Origin: Holophaga foetida DSM 6591
GTDB taxonomy: Bacteria > Acidobacteriota > Holophagae > Holophagales > Holophagaceae
Length of the DNA: 30,000 bases
NCBI RefSeq assembly: GCF_000242615.2
Contig: NZ_KI912269.1
Span: 67,634 to 97,633 of the forward strand
Direction of reading: 5' to 3'
Below the pieces are notes generated by a model that was given only the letters and a program-made list of their open reading frames with translations, was not told where the DNA came from and ran no database searches. A program made the position numbers and the translations under genes. Positions 8,749-17,587 of this stretch are shown here, piece after piece (within the stretch, counting starts at the first letter, position 1; the number at the start of each line of letters is the position of its first letter).

Positions 8749-9290
8749 ACCATCAGACATCTACCACAGACAACTGGGATGCCGTCCGGGCCGCCTGTCT
8801 CGAAATACTGCCCGAGCACATCGTGGCCTTCATCGAGCAGAACCAGGACCTGGAGCATTCCGAAGGCCAGCTGATCGCCACGCTCCACATGGTCCAGGCC
8901 CACTTCGGATTCCTGGGGCGGGACAAGATGCATGCCGTGGCCCAGTTGGCCCAGGTGCCCCTCGCCAAGGTCACCGGTGTGGCCACCTTCTACCACTACT
9001 TCCGGCTCCAGCCCCGAGGCAAGCACATCATCAATGTCTGCCTCGGCACTGCCTGCTACGTGAAGGGCGCCGATAAACTCAGCCAGCGCTTGATGGATGA
9101 CCTGGGGATCCAGTTCGGCGAGACCACCAAGGACGGCGTATTCTCCCTGGACAGCACGCGCTGCCTCGGAACCTGCGGGCTGGCTCCCGTGGTGATGGTC
9201 GATGACCAGGTCTATGGACCTGTCACCCCCGGCGAGATCAGCATCATCCTTGAAAAATACTCAAGGAGAGAAAAGAGCTCCCGCCTCTGA
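8745..9290 (+). CDS. hydC: NuoE-like thioredoxin-fold [2Fe-2S] subunit of the hydrogenase (HydC type)
   Basis: The Cys pattern '[10 protein letters not shown] ... [10 protein letters not shown]' is typical of NuoE/HydC. The GTG start at 8745 overlaps the hydA TGA (GTGA), which suggests translational coupling. Confidence 0.85.
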   Translation: MNHQTSTTDNWDAVRAACLEILPEHIVAFIEQNQDLEHSEGQLIATLHMVQAHFGFLGRDKMHAVAQLAQVPLAKVTGVATFYHYFRLQPRGKHIINVCLGTACYVKGADKLSQRLMDDLGIQFGETTKDGVFSLDSTRCLGTCGLAPVVMVDDQVYGPVTPGEISIILEKYSRREKSSRL

Positions 9291-9313
9291 CGGGGTCCCC
9301 TCGCGAGGGTCGT

Positions 9314-9345
9314 CCGGTGCGCCTATGGCCCACCGGTCGTTTTTG
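9314..9345 (+). terminator. Putative intrinsic terminator downstream of hydC
   Basis: Hairpin CCGGTG (9314-9319), an 11-nt loop, CACCGG (9331-9336), then 'tcgtttttg'. It is preceded by the 12-nt palindrome CCCTCGCGAGGG. Confidence 0.55.
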
Positions 9346-9412
9346 TCCTCCGAAAGCCCATGAACGGATTACCCTGAAGGCTGTTCTCACCCTATTTTCC
9401 CGGGAGGTTCCC

Positions 9413-9811
9413 ATGTCACTCAAGGACGATTTCAAAGCGTTCATCATGAAGGGTAACGTCGTGGATCTGGCCATCGCGGTCGTCATCGGCGGCGCCTTCG
9501 GCAAGATCGTCACCGCCTTTGTCAGCGGCATCGTCATGCCCATGGTGAGCTATGTGCTACCCAAAGGCGACTGGCAGGTGTGGACCCTCGGCAAGTTCGA
9601 GATCGGCAAGGTGCTCGGAGCGGCGGTGGACTTCTTCATCATCGCCCTGGTGGTATTCCTCGTACTGGTGAAGGGACTGAGCGCCCTGGCCAGCCTCAAG
9701 AAGAAGGATGAGACCCTCGCGGAGGCCCCGACCAGCAAGGAATGCCCCTACTGCCTGGAACAGATTCCCCTGGCCGCCAGGAAGTGCAAGCACTGCACCA
9801 GCGAGGTATAG
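9413..9811 (+). CDS. mscL: Large-conductance mechanosensitive channel MscL with a C-terminal CxxC...CxxC tail
   Basis: '[33 protein letters not shown]' is the canonical MscL N-terminus and TM1. GGGAGG lies at 9402-9407 upstream of ATG 9413. The tail reads '[22 protein letters not shown]'. Confidence 0.9.
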   Translation: MSLKDDFKAFIMKGNVVDLAIAVVIGGAFGKIVTAFVSGIVMPMVSYVLPKGDWQVWTLGKFEIGKVLGAAVDFFIIALVVFLVLVKGLSALASLKKKDETLAEAPTSKECPYCLEQIPLAARKCKHCTSEV

Positions 9812-9826
9812 ACTTCTTTTTCCCAA

Positions 9827-9860
9827 CCCCGAAGGCGGCGGGATTCAACCGCCTTCGGGG
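9827..9860. terminator. GC-rich hairpin between convergent mscL and lpxC (possible bidirectional terminator; no downstream U-tract on either strand)
   Basis: CCCCGAAGGCGG (9827-9838), a 10-nt loop, CCGCCTTCGGGG (9849-9860). This is a 12-bp perfect stem. Confidence 0.45.
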
Positions 9861-9886
9861 CCCATGCTCGGGCAGCTACAGCCAGC

Positions 9887-10798
9887 CTACGCAGGCATCG
9901 CTTGTCCAAGCCCGACAGGGAAGTGCCGAGCGGCCTTGAGGGGCTCCACCGCCGCCCAGGTCCATGAACTCTGGTCATCAAGCAGCGCCTTGACCAGAGC
10001 CACATGCATGGCGTGCCCTGCGGCATGGGCGGAAACCAGACCCTGCAGCGGCGCCCCCAGAAGGGCCAGATCACCGACCAGGTCCAGCATCTTGTGGCGA
10101 ACCGCCTCGTCCTGGTAGCGGAGGCTTTCGTTCAGGGGCCCTTTGGGTCCGAATACCACAGCATTCTCCAGGCTGCCCCCCAGGGCAAGTCCGCGCGAAC
10201 GCATGAACTCGATATCCTGCTCCATGCAGAAGGTGCGGGCAGAAGCCAACTCCCGACGATATTTCTCAGGGCTGAGGGTCAGTTCCCGAGACTGCCGACC
10301 GATGGCCGGGTGGTCGAAATCGATGGTGTAGCGCAGACGCAACCCAGGATAGGGCTCCACCTTGATCCACTTCTCCCCATTCCGGACCTCGACAGGCTTG
10401 AGCACCCGGACGGATCGGCGGACAGCACCGGGAAGCTCACAGACACCCGCTTCCAGAATGGCCTCCACCCAAGGGGCGGCACTGCCATCCAGAATCGGCA
10501 ATTCCTCGCCGCCCACCTCGATCAAGGCATGATCGACACCCAGGCCAGACAAGGCGGAAAGCAGATGCTCCACGGTCGCAAAACGGATACCATCCTGCTC
10601 CAGGGTCGTGGCCAGACTCAGATCCCCCACCCGCCCAACCAGAGCCCGGATCTCGACACCAGATGCCGCATGACGGAAGCGCAACCCGGAAGGCTGATCC
10701 GATGGATGGATCGTAACCATGCAGGAAGAGTTGCTGTGAAGTCCGCGGCCTTCGACGGTGATGGAGTGCTGGAGAGTCTGGGAGAAGAAAGGGGACAT
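9887..10798 (-). CDS. lpxC: UDP-3-O-acyl-N-acetylglucosamine deacetylase
   Basis: The protein has the LpxC-like opening 'TLQHSITVEGRGLHSNSSCMVTIHP' and the motifs 'TVEHLLSALSGLGVD', 'ELPILDGSA' and 'HKMLDLVGDLALLG'. I place the start at ATG 10798 (303 aa). The 36 upstream codons in the track ORF fall in an AT-rich spacer. Confidence 0.9.
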   Translation of the reverse strand: MSPFFSQTLQHSITVEGRGLHSNSSCMVTIHPSDQPSGLRFRHAASGVEIRALVGRVGDLSLATTLEQDGIRFATVEHLLSALSGLGVDHALIEVGGEELPILDGSAAPWVEAILEAGVCELPGAVRRSVRVLKPVEVRNGEKWIKVEPYPGLRLRYTIDFDHPAIGRQSRELTLSPEKYRRELASARTFCMEQDIEFMRSRGLALGGSLENAVVFGPKGPLNESLRYQDEAVRHKMLDLVGDLALLGAPLQGLVSAHAAGHAMHVALVKALLDDQSSWTWAAVEPLKAARHFPVGLGQAMPA

Positions 10799-10913
10799 AG
10801 AAGCCTCGCCGCAGAAAGAGCAAGATTCATTCCCAATATCAAAACCTTTTATTTCAACACTTAAACCCACACACGAAAGACGGACCTGTGGGCATGGAAA
10901 CCACACACTGTGG

Positions 10914-11636
10914 TCACCCCCTCGGAGCCCTGCCCCAATCCTCCGGCGTGGTGAGCTTCAGGTTGGAAGAGGGGGATGGAATGATCCTGACCCGGAGCCC
11001 GAGGGCTTCCAGGAGAGAAACATCATCCGTCCCCTCGTATCCCACTTGGGCAGCCCATTCGAAAGCACGCCTCCAGACCCCCAGCCTGGCGACCTGGGGG
11101 GTCTGGGCCCGGTAGATCTCCTCCCTGGGTACCGTGGCCAACACACGCCCCTCGGCATCCACCCGCTTCAGAGTGTCGGTGGAGGGCTCCGCTAGGACAG
11201 CCCCATCCCACGAGTCAAGGGCAGCCAAGGCCTGACGGATGGGCTCAGGCGGCGGAAAGGGGCGCACGGCATCATGGATCAGCACGGGAATATCCTCGGC
11301 TAACGCTGCAGCGCCAAGAGCCTGCATCACGGAAGCCTGACGGGTTGCCCCCCCCGCCACCACCCAGGACGGAACCCCGAGGTCCCACCCCTGCACTTCC
11401 TCCAGACGATCGGGAGGCACCGCAAGAGAGACAGCCCTGAGGGGAGGCATTCCCGGCCCCTGGAAGGCCTTGATGGTCGCCCTCAGGAGCGGCACCCCCC
11501 CCCAGTCCCGGAACTGCTTGGGAACGCCGCCCCCCATCCGGAGACCGCGCCCCCCAGCGGGGATCAGCAGCAGGACACCGTCAGGAACGACGGAAGATGA
11601 AAGGATCGACGTGGGGCAAGGGACTGATGGGCTCAT
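10914..11636 (-). CDS. ispD: 2-C-methyl-D-erythritol 4-phosphate cytidylyltransferase
   Basis: Motifs 'LLLIPAGGRGLRMGGGVPKQF', 'HDAVRPF' and 'GTDDVSLLEALG' are present, and the length is about 240 aa. The 5' end overlaps the rlpA 3' end by 56 bp. No in-frame GTG or ATG alternative exists just downstream. Confidence 0.88.
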   Translation of the reverse strand: MSPSVPCPTSILSSSVVPDGVLLLIPAGGRGLRMGGGVPKQFRDWGGVPLLRATIKAFQGPGMPPLRAVSLAVPPDRLEEVQGWDLGVPSWVVAGGATRQASVMQALGAAALAEDIPVLIHDAVRPFPPPEPIRQALAALDSWDGAVLAEPSTDTLKRVDAEGRVLATVPREEIYRAQTPQVARLGVWRRAFEWAAQVGYEGTDDVSLLEALGLRVRIIPSPSSNLKLTTPEDWGRAPRG

Positions 11637-12408
11637 CAGGCATTTTCCCAGCTTCGACCGGCGAAAGGAAAGCCCCAGCCCTGAGTCGTTTCACATCCCG
11701 GCCGTTGGAGCTCTGAGCCTGCTGGTAAGCCGAGGGACCAAAGACCAGCTCCAGAGCCTTCTGAAGGAGCCCAAGGTTGGAGGGCATCACCAGGGCATCG
11801 GGTTCCACCGAATCGAGCGACGCCTCGAAAGATGTCTCACGGACCTCCCGGAACAGCACCCGAGCCGTCCCGTAAGCCAGGAAGCCGAGTTCCCGAGCAG
11901 CCTGGAGGGAAACATCCAGAACCCTCCCGCGAATGAAGGGTCCCCGGTCGTTGACCCGGAGGATGGCCCGCTTGCCGGAATCCAGATTCTCCACCTCGAT
12001 CAGCGTATCGAAGGGGAGCGTGCGATGGGCACAGGTGAGTCCCGCAGGATCCAGGGCTTCCCCACTGGCAGTGCGCTGACCGCCGAATCCATCCCCCTGC
12101 CCGCCGTACCAACTGGCTACACCAGATTCTGTGTAGATGAACTCGGGAGCAGGCTTGGGAAGAGAGGGGGCCCGTTCAACAATCTGCCTTTCTCTCTGAG
12201 CCAGAGAGACCTGGGGCCGAGCACAATGCAGACAGAAGAAGGGAATCACCACAGGTGCCGCCAGCCGAGTGATGCTCCGTACCCTGGCCAGAAAGCCCCC
12301 GGTATGCGCCCGACGCTCCGCTGCGGGCAGGAACTGGACCTGAATGCCCTCGATCCAGATCGAAAAGGCACGGCTCACGTTCTCGCCAACAAAGGTCTGT
12401 AGATCCAT
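11581..12408 (-). CDS. rlpA: RlpA-like septal lytic transglycosylase (DPBB domain) with a possible C-terminal SPOR-like segment
   Basis: The DPBB core reads 'GVASWYGG...GQRTASGEALDPAGLTCAHRTLPFDTLIEVENLDSGKRAILRVNDRGPFIRGRVLDVS'. A hydrophobic anchor 'LAAPVVIPFFCLHCA' is present. GGGAG lies 4 nt upstream of ATG 12408. The exact start is uncertain. Confidence 0.75.
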   Translation of the reverse strand: MDLQTFVGENVSRAFSIWIEGIQVQFLPAAERRAHTGGFLARVRSITRLAAPVVIPFFCLHCARPQVSLAQRERQIVERAPSLPKPAPEFIYTESGVASWYGGQGDGFGGQRTASGEALDPAGLTCAHRTLPFDTLIEVENLDSGKRAILRVNDRGPFIRGRVLDVSLQAARELGFLAYGTARVLFREVRETSFEASLDSVEPDALVMPSNLGLLQKALELVFGPSAYQQAQSSNGRDVKRLRAGAFLSPVEAGKMPDEPISPLPHVDPFIFRRS

Positions 12409-12581
12409 GGGGCTCCCGGAAACAGCAAGGGTCCGTAGACCCAGTCAACCAGTTTAGCCCGATTTATCGCTTTGTAAAGGTTTGCACCCAAATGGGTGGA
12501 CATACAGCCTTGCGAAGAAGGAAACGTCGACATAAAAAGCGACATTTTGCAAAAGCGGTACAGCTCTTACAAGTAGCCACG

Positions 12582-12621
12582 AAAAAGCCCCCGGAAAAGA
12601 CAAACTGTCTCGACCGGGGGC
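12582..12621 (-). terminator. Rho-independent terminator of the phoH2-tyrS-SPOR operon
   Basis: On the minus strand: GCCCCCGG (complement of 12614-12621), a loop with an inner AGAC/GTCT stem, CCGGGGGC (complement of 12587-12594), then TTTTT (complement of 12582-12586). It lies 19 nt after the stop codon at 12640. Confidence 0.7.
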
Positions 12622-12639
12622 TTGCAAAAGGTGGCTGAG

Positions 12640-14364
12640 TTACTGCTTGGAAGGAATAGCATCCATCCTGTAAGGCCTTGGACGGTTCCCGTCGTTTCTG
12701 AAAGCAGCAGGGAGCCTGGGTGCCTGCTTTTCGGCGGCAGCTGCACTCGGAAACTCACCGTAGAAGATCTGATAGCAGTCCCGACCGTCCCGAAGCAGCA
12801 TGGGACGAATGAAGAGATCAGCCTGCTCACCCTTGAACAACTCCACAGCCCGCTTCACGGTCTCGGGCTGACAGGCAAGTTCCAGGCGCAGAGCCCAGGA
12901 CGTCTTGGGACGCTCTTCCAGGAGCTTCGCCCCCTGAGCCAGAGCCAGGACCATATCCCCCCGCTGGAGGGCCGCCAGACGACCGGCGGGGGAGGCATCC
13001 AGAGGCTGAGGCTCTGGAGCCGTCGGGGGAGGAGGAACAGCCATCTGGGGAGGAACCTCCACGGGCTTCGCTTCCGGCTTGGTCACCAGAGGGGTGGGTT
13101 TACTGGATTGGAGATCCGAGGAGGGGCGTCGGGTGCGTCGCAGGGCCCAGGTCCCACCTCCTGCCAGCAGGAGGATGGCAGCGGCCAGCAGAAGCCACTT
13201 CAGGACGCCGCCACGAACCTTGACCTCGGACGTCTCCATGTCCTCGGGCTCCTCCAGCTCCCCCCGCACGGCTTCCGGCAGCTCCACGGGGGGCACCGTC
13301 TCAGGGCCGAGGGTTATCCGGGGCTCTTCTTCTTCGGGAATGACCGGAAGCTCGAACTGAGGGGTGGGCAGAATGGCCTGACCACTTTCCGCCGTGAATC
13401 CGGTTTGAGGATCGACATCCAGCTCATCCCCTGAGGCATCGTCGACCTCCTCCAAGGGGGAATCGGAAGGCGAAGGCAGCGCCTCACGTTCATCAAGGGA
13501 ATCAAAAGCCCGGGAGAGATGCTCCAGATTGGTGGTGGGACGAGCCGCATCCTCAATGGTGGAGAAGAGGGAAGGAACGGTATCGATGGGCGGCTCCGAG
13601 GGAGCAGCGGGAGGCAAGGCGGCAGACAGGGGCTCGGGCTCTCCAGAGAGGACCTCGGCCAGGGCCAGCTTATCCATGGGTGGCATCTCATGGAGCTTGG
13701 CAAAGCCCATCTCCCGCAGGAAAAGAGCGAAGGCCCCCAGGCGCATGGGCTCGGTCAGGCTCTCCCGACTAAGCTCCAAGAGGGTGTGGGTGCCATCCAG
13801 AAAGGGGGTGAGCTTGGCCAGATCAGCGGGAAGGGTCACTTGACCCAGCTGGCGTCCATGAAGGACAACCACTTGGTTGAGGGGCCCTAGGGTCTCGAGG
13901 ATCGATTCCCGGTCCTTGAGGTTGAGCAGGCCGTTGAGGAGCAGCAGAGAAGTGTCCATGGGGAGACGCACCACCGAACTCTCCAGTTCCCGCTCCCTGA
14001 ACTCAGGCTTCTCATCCGGAGTCTCCATGGCCCCGTACACCACGCGCTCCACCTGAAGCCTGGCCATATCCAGCAGATCCCGCTGGGTGATGAAGCCCAT
14101 TTCGATCAGGTTCTTGCCGATGCTCATGCCCTGCTTGAGATTGGCAAGCGCGTAATCAAGCTGAGCCTGGGTGAGCTTGCCCTTCTCCACCAGGAGACTG
14201 GTTAGGCGATCCGCCGGAAAGGTGCTCTGGGCGAAGACGATATCTCCGGCATCAAAAAAGACGGTCCGGTACGGCTCCTGCCCCAGCCTCCACACACCCG
14301 TCGCCCCCTCGCGCCGATGCCTGAAAAGATCCAGCAGGGCCGTCAATGTCATCGCACCACCCAC
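12640..14364 (-). CDS. Hypothetical bitopic protein: N-terminal DUF4388-like domain, acidic/Pro-rich linker, one TM helix, C-terminal SPOR-like domain
   Basis: The N-terminus '[51 protein letters not shown]' resembles DUF4388 (from memory, unverified). The TM helix is '[22 protein letters not shown]'. The C-terminus '[21 protein letters not shown]...[23 protein letters not shown]' is SPOR-like. The alternative ATG at 14352 forms an ATGA overlap with the tyrS stop and is probably the true start. The track start at 14364 is a GTG. Confidence 0.7.
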   Translation of the reverse strand: MGGAMTLTALLDLFRHRREGATGVWRLGQEPYRTVFFDAGDIVFAQSTFPADRLTSLLVEKGKLTQAQLDYALANLKQGMSIGKNLIEMGFITQRDLLDMARLQVERVVYGAMETPDEKPEFRERELESSVVRLPMDTSLLLLNGLLNLKDRESILETLGPLNQVVVLHGRQLGQVTLPADLAKLTPFLDGTHTLLELSRESLTEPMRLGAFALFLREMGFAKLHEMPPMDKLALAEVLSGEPEPLSAALPPAAPSEPPIDTVPSLFSTIEDAARPTTNLEHLSRAFDSLDEREALPSPSDSPLEEVDDASGDELDVDPQTGFTAESGQAILPTPQFELPVIPEEEEPRITLGPETVPPVELPEAVRGELEEPEDMETSEVKVRGGVLKWLLLAAAILLLAGGGTWALRRTRRPSSDLQSSKPTPLVTKPEAKPVEVPPQMAVPPPPTAPEPQPLDASPAGRLAALQRGDMVLALAQGAKLLEERPKTSWALRLELACQPETVKRAVELFKGEQADLFIRPMLLRDGRDCYQIFYGEFPSAAAAEKQAPRLPAAFRNDGNRPRPYRMDAIPSKQ

Positions 14365-15542
14365 CGTTCGAGTTTGAGCTTGCCTGCCTTGATGAGCCGG
14401 GAATCCCCGGACTTGAGCACCAGACGCAACTGGGGATCCGAGACCTTCTCTCCGTCAAGGCTCACGGCCCCCTGCGTGATCAACCGCTCGGCCTCCTTGC
14501 GGCTGGCCACCAATCCCCGATCCACCAGGAGACGAGTGAGGGCCATCTCGCCCTCCGTGGGCTCCAAGGTCACCTCAGGGGCATCGTCAGTCTTGCGCTC
14601 AGAGAAGCGGCGAATCCACTGCTCCTCGGCCTTCTGGGCCGCTTCGTGCCCATGGAACTGGCCCACGATCTCCCGGGCCAGCGCCTTCTTGGCATCCATG
14701 GGATGCCCCAGCTTCATGGCCTCGATCTCAGTCGGCAGTTTGTCCGTCAGCAGCAGGTACCAGTCCCACATCAGGGTGTCAGAGATGCTCATGGCCTTGC
14801 CGAACTGGGTGTCAGCATCCTCGAAGAAGCCGATGTAGTTCCCCAGGGACTTGGACATCTTCTCCACACCGTCCAGGCCAAGGAGGAGGGGCACCGTCAG
14901 CACGATCTGGGCTGGCTGACCCAAGGACTCCTGGAGATCCCTGCCCCGCATGAGATTGAACAGCTGGTCATTGCCGCCCAGCTCAACGTCGGACTGAAGG
15001 GCGACGGAGTCATAGGCCTGCATCAGGGGATAGAGCAGTTCATGAAAGCTGATGGGCTGGTTCTCGGCCAAACGCTTCTGGAAATCATTGCGCTCCAGCA
15101 TCTGGGCCACGGTGAACTTGGAAGCCAGACGGATCCAGTCGGGGCCGTGAAGGGGGTCGGACCACTCGCTATTGAAGCGGACCTCGGTCTTTTCGGGGTC
15201 GAGAATCTTGAAGACCTGGGCCTTGTAAGTCTCGGCGTTGACAAGGATCTCCTCCCGGGAAAGGGGAGGCCGGGTGGCCTTCTTGCCCGTGGGATCGCCG
15301 ATCATGGCCGTGAAGTCGCCGATGAGGAAGATGACGGTATGCCCGAGCTTCTGGAACTGGGCCATCTTGCGAAGCAGAACGCCATGGCCGAGGTGAAGGT
15401 CAGGAGCCGTTGGGTCGAAGCCAGCTTTCACCCGGAGGGGACGTCCCTGGGAGAGCCGGGCCTGGAGCGCCTCCCGGGTATGGCAGGTGACGGTGCCCTT
15501 CAGAAGAAGGTCGAGGGAAGCCTGAATCGAAACGGTACTCAT
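14349..15542 (-). CDS. tyrS: Tyrosine--tRNA ligase
   Basis: The class I motifs 'DLHLGHGV' (HIGH) and 'KMSKSLGN' (KMSKS) are present. The C-terminal S4-like domain reads '[24 protein letters not shown]'. Confidence 0.92.
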   Translation of the reverse strand: MSTVSIQASLDLLLKGTVTCHTREALQARLSQGRPLRVKAGFDPTAPDLHLGHGVLLRKMAQFQKLGHTVIFLIGDFTAMIGDPTGKKATRPPLSREEILVNAETYKAQVFKILDPEKTEVRFNSEWSDPLHGPDWIRLASKFTVAQMLERNDFQKRLAENQPISFHELLYPLMQAYDSVALQSDVELGGNDQLFNLMRGRDLQESLGQPAQIVLTVPLLLGLDGVEKMSKSLGNYIGFFEDADTQFGKAMSISDTLMWDWYLLLTDKLPTEIEAMKLGHPMDAKKALAREIVGQFHGHEAAQKAEEQWIRRFSERKTDDAPEVTLEPTEGEMALTRLLVDRGLVASRKEAERLITQGAVSLDGEKVSDPQLRLVLKSGDSRLIKAGKLKLERWVVR

Positions 15543-15584
15543 GAAAGCATATTGGCTTAAATGAGGGCGTTCATCCAGCCTTGG

Positions 15585-16091
15585 TTACTCCACCCGGATG
15601 TCTGTCAGGCTTTTGTCCTCCATCTCGAGCACGAGGCTGCCCCCGGAGGAGAAGCGGTAGGCGATGCGCACGCGCTTCCCGCTGTGGGCTTCCGACTGGC
15701 TCTCGATCTTCAGCCCTCCGCCTTTCTTGGGATCCATGAGCGTTTTCAGATCAGGCCGCTCCACTGGGATCTCGCCCAGGCGAGGCCGCCAGGCCTCGGA
15801 AGCCTTCAGGAAATCCTCCACCGTGGGATAGCGCTGCGATAGCCCGGGGTTGGCCTCATAGAGGGCCCTGGCCCCTTCCTTGGTGCGGGCCATCTCCGCG
15901 CTCTTGCGCATCTGGACCCAGGCCTTGTCCATGGCCCGTCCACCGGCCTTGAACATCAGGAAACCGCCCCCAACACAGGTGGCGAAGAAGAGCAGGACCA
16001 CAATCCCGCAGCCCAGCCCCACCTTGGTCCAGGTGGACCAGCCCTTGGGTTTGGGGACCACCCCCCCGTTATCCCAACTCGCATCCGCCAT
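15585..16091 (-). CDS. Hypothetical single-pass membrane protein
   Basis: 168-aa ORF with AGGAG 6 nt upstream of the ATG; this RBS overlaps the stop of the upstream PIN-PhoH gene. The TM helix is 'VGLGCGIVVLLFFATCVGGGFLMF'. Third-position GC is high. I recognise no family. Confidence 0.6.
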   Translation of the reverse strand: MADASWDNGGVVPKPKGWSTWTKVGLGCGIVVLLFFATCVGGGFLMFKAGGRAMDKAWVQMRKSAEMARTKEGARALYEANPGLSQRYPTVEDFLKASEAWRPRLGEIPVERPDLKTLMDPKKGGGLKIESQSEAHSGKRVRIAYRFSSGGSLVLEMEDKSLTDIRVE

Positions 16092-16100
16092 GGGGATCTC

Positions 16101-17429
16101 CTAGAGCAGGTTACTGGCCAGCTCCGCCAGATGGCTGCGCTCCCCCTTGAGCAGGGTCACGTGGCCAGCCACATCCACCTGCTTGAAGTGCTCTGCCAGG
16201 AAGCTGAGGCCATTGGTGTTGGAATCCACATAGGGGTTGTCGATCTGGTAGGGATCCCCCGTGAGAACAATCTTGGTGCCCACCCCGGCCCGGGTCAGGA
16301 TGGTCTTGACCTCGTGGGGCGTGAGGTTCTGGGCCTCGTCCACGATGATGTACTGATTGGGGATACTGCGCCCGCGGATATAGGTCAGGGGTTCGACGGC
16401 CAAATAGCCCCCCTCCTCCAGCTGGGCTACGGTCATGCTGGTGCGGCGGCGCATCTCGGTATTGGCGCTCACGATGTAGTCGAGGTTGTCATAGATGGGC
16501 TGCATGTAGGGCCGCAGCTTCTCCTCCACATCGCCGGGAAGGAAGCCCAGGTCCCGCCCCATGGGCATGACGGGACGGCTCACCAGCAGCTTGTTGTAGC
16601 GCTCGTCGTCCACCACCTGCTGAAGCCCTGCGGCGATGGCCAGGAGGGTCTTGCCGGTGCCCGCCTTCCCCAGGAGGGTCACCACCTGGATGGAGTCGTC
16701 GAGGAGGAGGTCCAGGGCGAACTGCTGTTCCCGGTTGCGGGGCTTCACCCCCCAGGGCACCGCATCCAGGCGACGCAGGGGGTGGATGCGGCCATCGCTG
16801 GCCATGAAACGCCCAGGCGCAGTGTGATTCTCGTCGGCCTGGTCCACCAGGGTCACGAACTGGTTGGCCAGGAAGCGATCCCCTTCCTCCGGCAGCAGCC
16901 CGCCATCGTAGAGCATCTCGATGAGGGAGGCATCCACACTCCAGGAGGCCGTACCGGGGTAGAGCTCATCCACCTCCACCCGATCCGTGAAGTAGTCCTC
17001 CGCCAGGATCCCGGCCGCATCCGCCTTGATGCGGAGGTTGGTGTCCTTGGTGACCAGAACCACCTTCTCCTTCCGGAACTTGTAGAGCTCCAGGGCGCAT
17101 CCGAGGATCTGATTGTCGGCTTTGTGCTTGTCCAGGACGAAGAGCGAGTTGTCCTGGGCGTGGTTGGTCACGTCCACCTTGAGAGAGCCACCGCCCTCCA
17201 GGGTGACCCCCTTGCTCAGGGTGCCCAGGGCCCGCAGCTTGTCAATCTGTCGCGAGACGGAGCGGGCATTGCGACCGATCTCAGACTGATCCTTCTTGAA
17301 GTTGTCGATCTCCTCAATCACGACGATCGGGATCACGATGTCATGCTCCTGGAAGTGGAAGATGGCCATCGGATCATGGAGCAGGACATTCGTGTCCAGA
17401 ACGAACACCTTCTTGCTGGATGCCACCAT
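16101..17429 (-). CDS. PIN-domain/PhoH-like ATPase fusion (PhoH2/YlaK type)
   Basis: The N-terminal PIN reads 'VFVLDTNVLLHDP...IPIVVIEEID'. The PhoH part has Walker A 'GKAGTGKTLLAIAAG' and 'IIVDEAQNLTPHEVKTILTRAG.GTKIVLTGDPYQID'. The start is ATG 17429, with GGGAG upstream. The track's 19-codon extension is unlikely. Confidence 0.88.
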   Translation of the reverse strand: MVASSKKVFVLDTNVLLHDPMAIFHFQEHDIVIPIVVIEEIDNFKKDQSEIGRNARSVSRQIDKLRALGTLSKGVTLEGGGSLKVDVTNHAQDNSLFVLDKHKADNQILGCALELYKFRKEKVVLVTKDTNLRIKADAAGILAEDYFTDRVEVDELYPGTASWSVDASLIEMLYDGGLLPEEGDRFLANQFVTLVDQADENHTAPGRFMASDGRIHPLRRLDAVPWGVKPRNREQQFALDLLLDDSIQVVTLLGKAGTGKTLLAIAAGLQQVVDDERYNKLLVSRPVMPMGRDLGFLPGDVEEKLRPYMQPIYDNLDYIVSANTEMRRRTSMTVAQLEEGGYLAVEPLTYIRGRSIPNQYIIVDEAQNLTPHEVKTILTRAGVGTKIVLTGDPYQIDNPYVDSNTNGLSFLAEHFKQVDVAGHVTLLKGERSHLAELASNLL

Positions 17430-17535
17430 GCTTTTTCTCCCTTGAGAGCGGCGCTGCCTTGGCTGGAAGCCTACCAGCCCGGCCATCGGCGTGAAACCTT
17501 CTAATGCAATGAGATGCCGCGGGGCGGGTTTGTTG

Positions 17536-17564
17536 ACAAAAAGAACGGGGTCCGAAGACCCCGT
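17536..17564 (-). terminator. Rho-independent terminator after the etfA gene
   Basis: On the minus strand: ACGGGGTC, ttcg loop, GACCCCGT (17545-17564), followed by TTCTTTTTGT (complement of 17535-17544). It lies 24 nt after the etfA stop. Confidence 0.65.
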
Positions 17565-17587
17565 CAGTTCCCGCAGCTCAGTCCAGA

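Noticed and set aside
9317-9412. 32-codon upstream extension of mscL in the ORF track
   Set aside because: It runs through the hydC terminator hairpin. The canonical MscL N-terminus begins at the ATG at 9413, which has a GGGAGG RBS.
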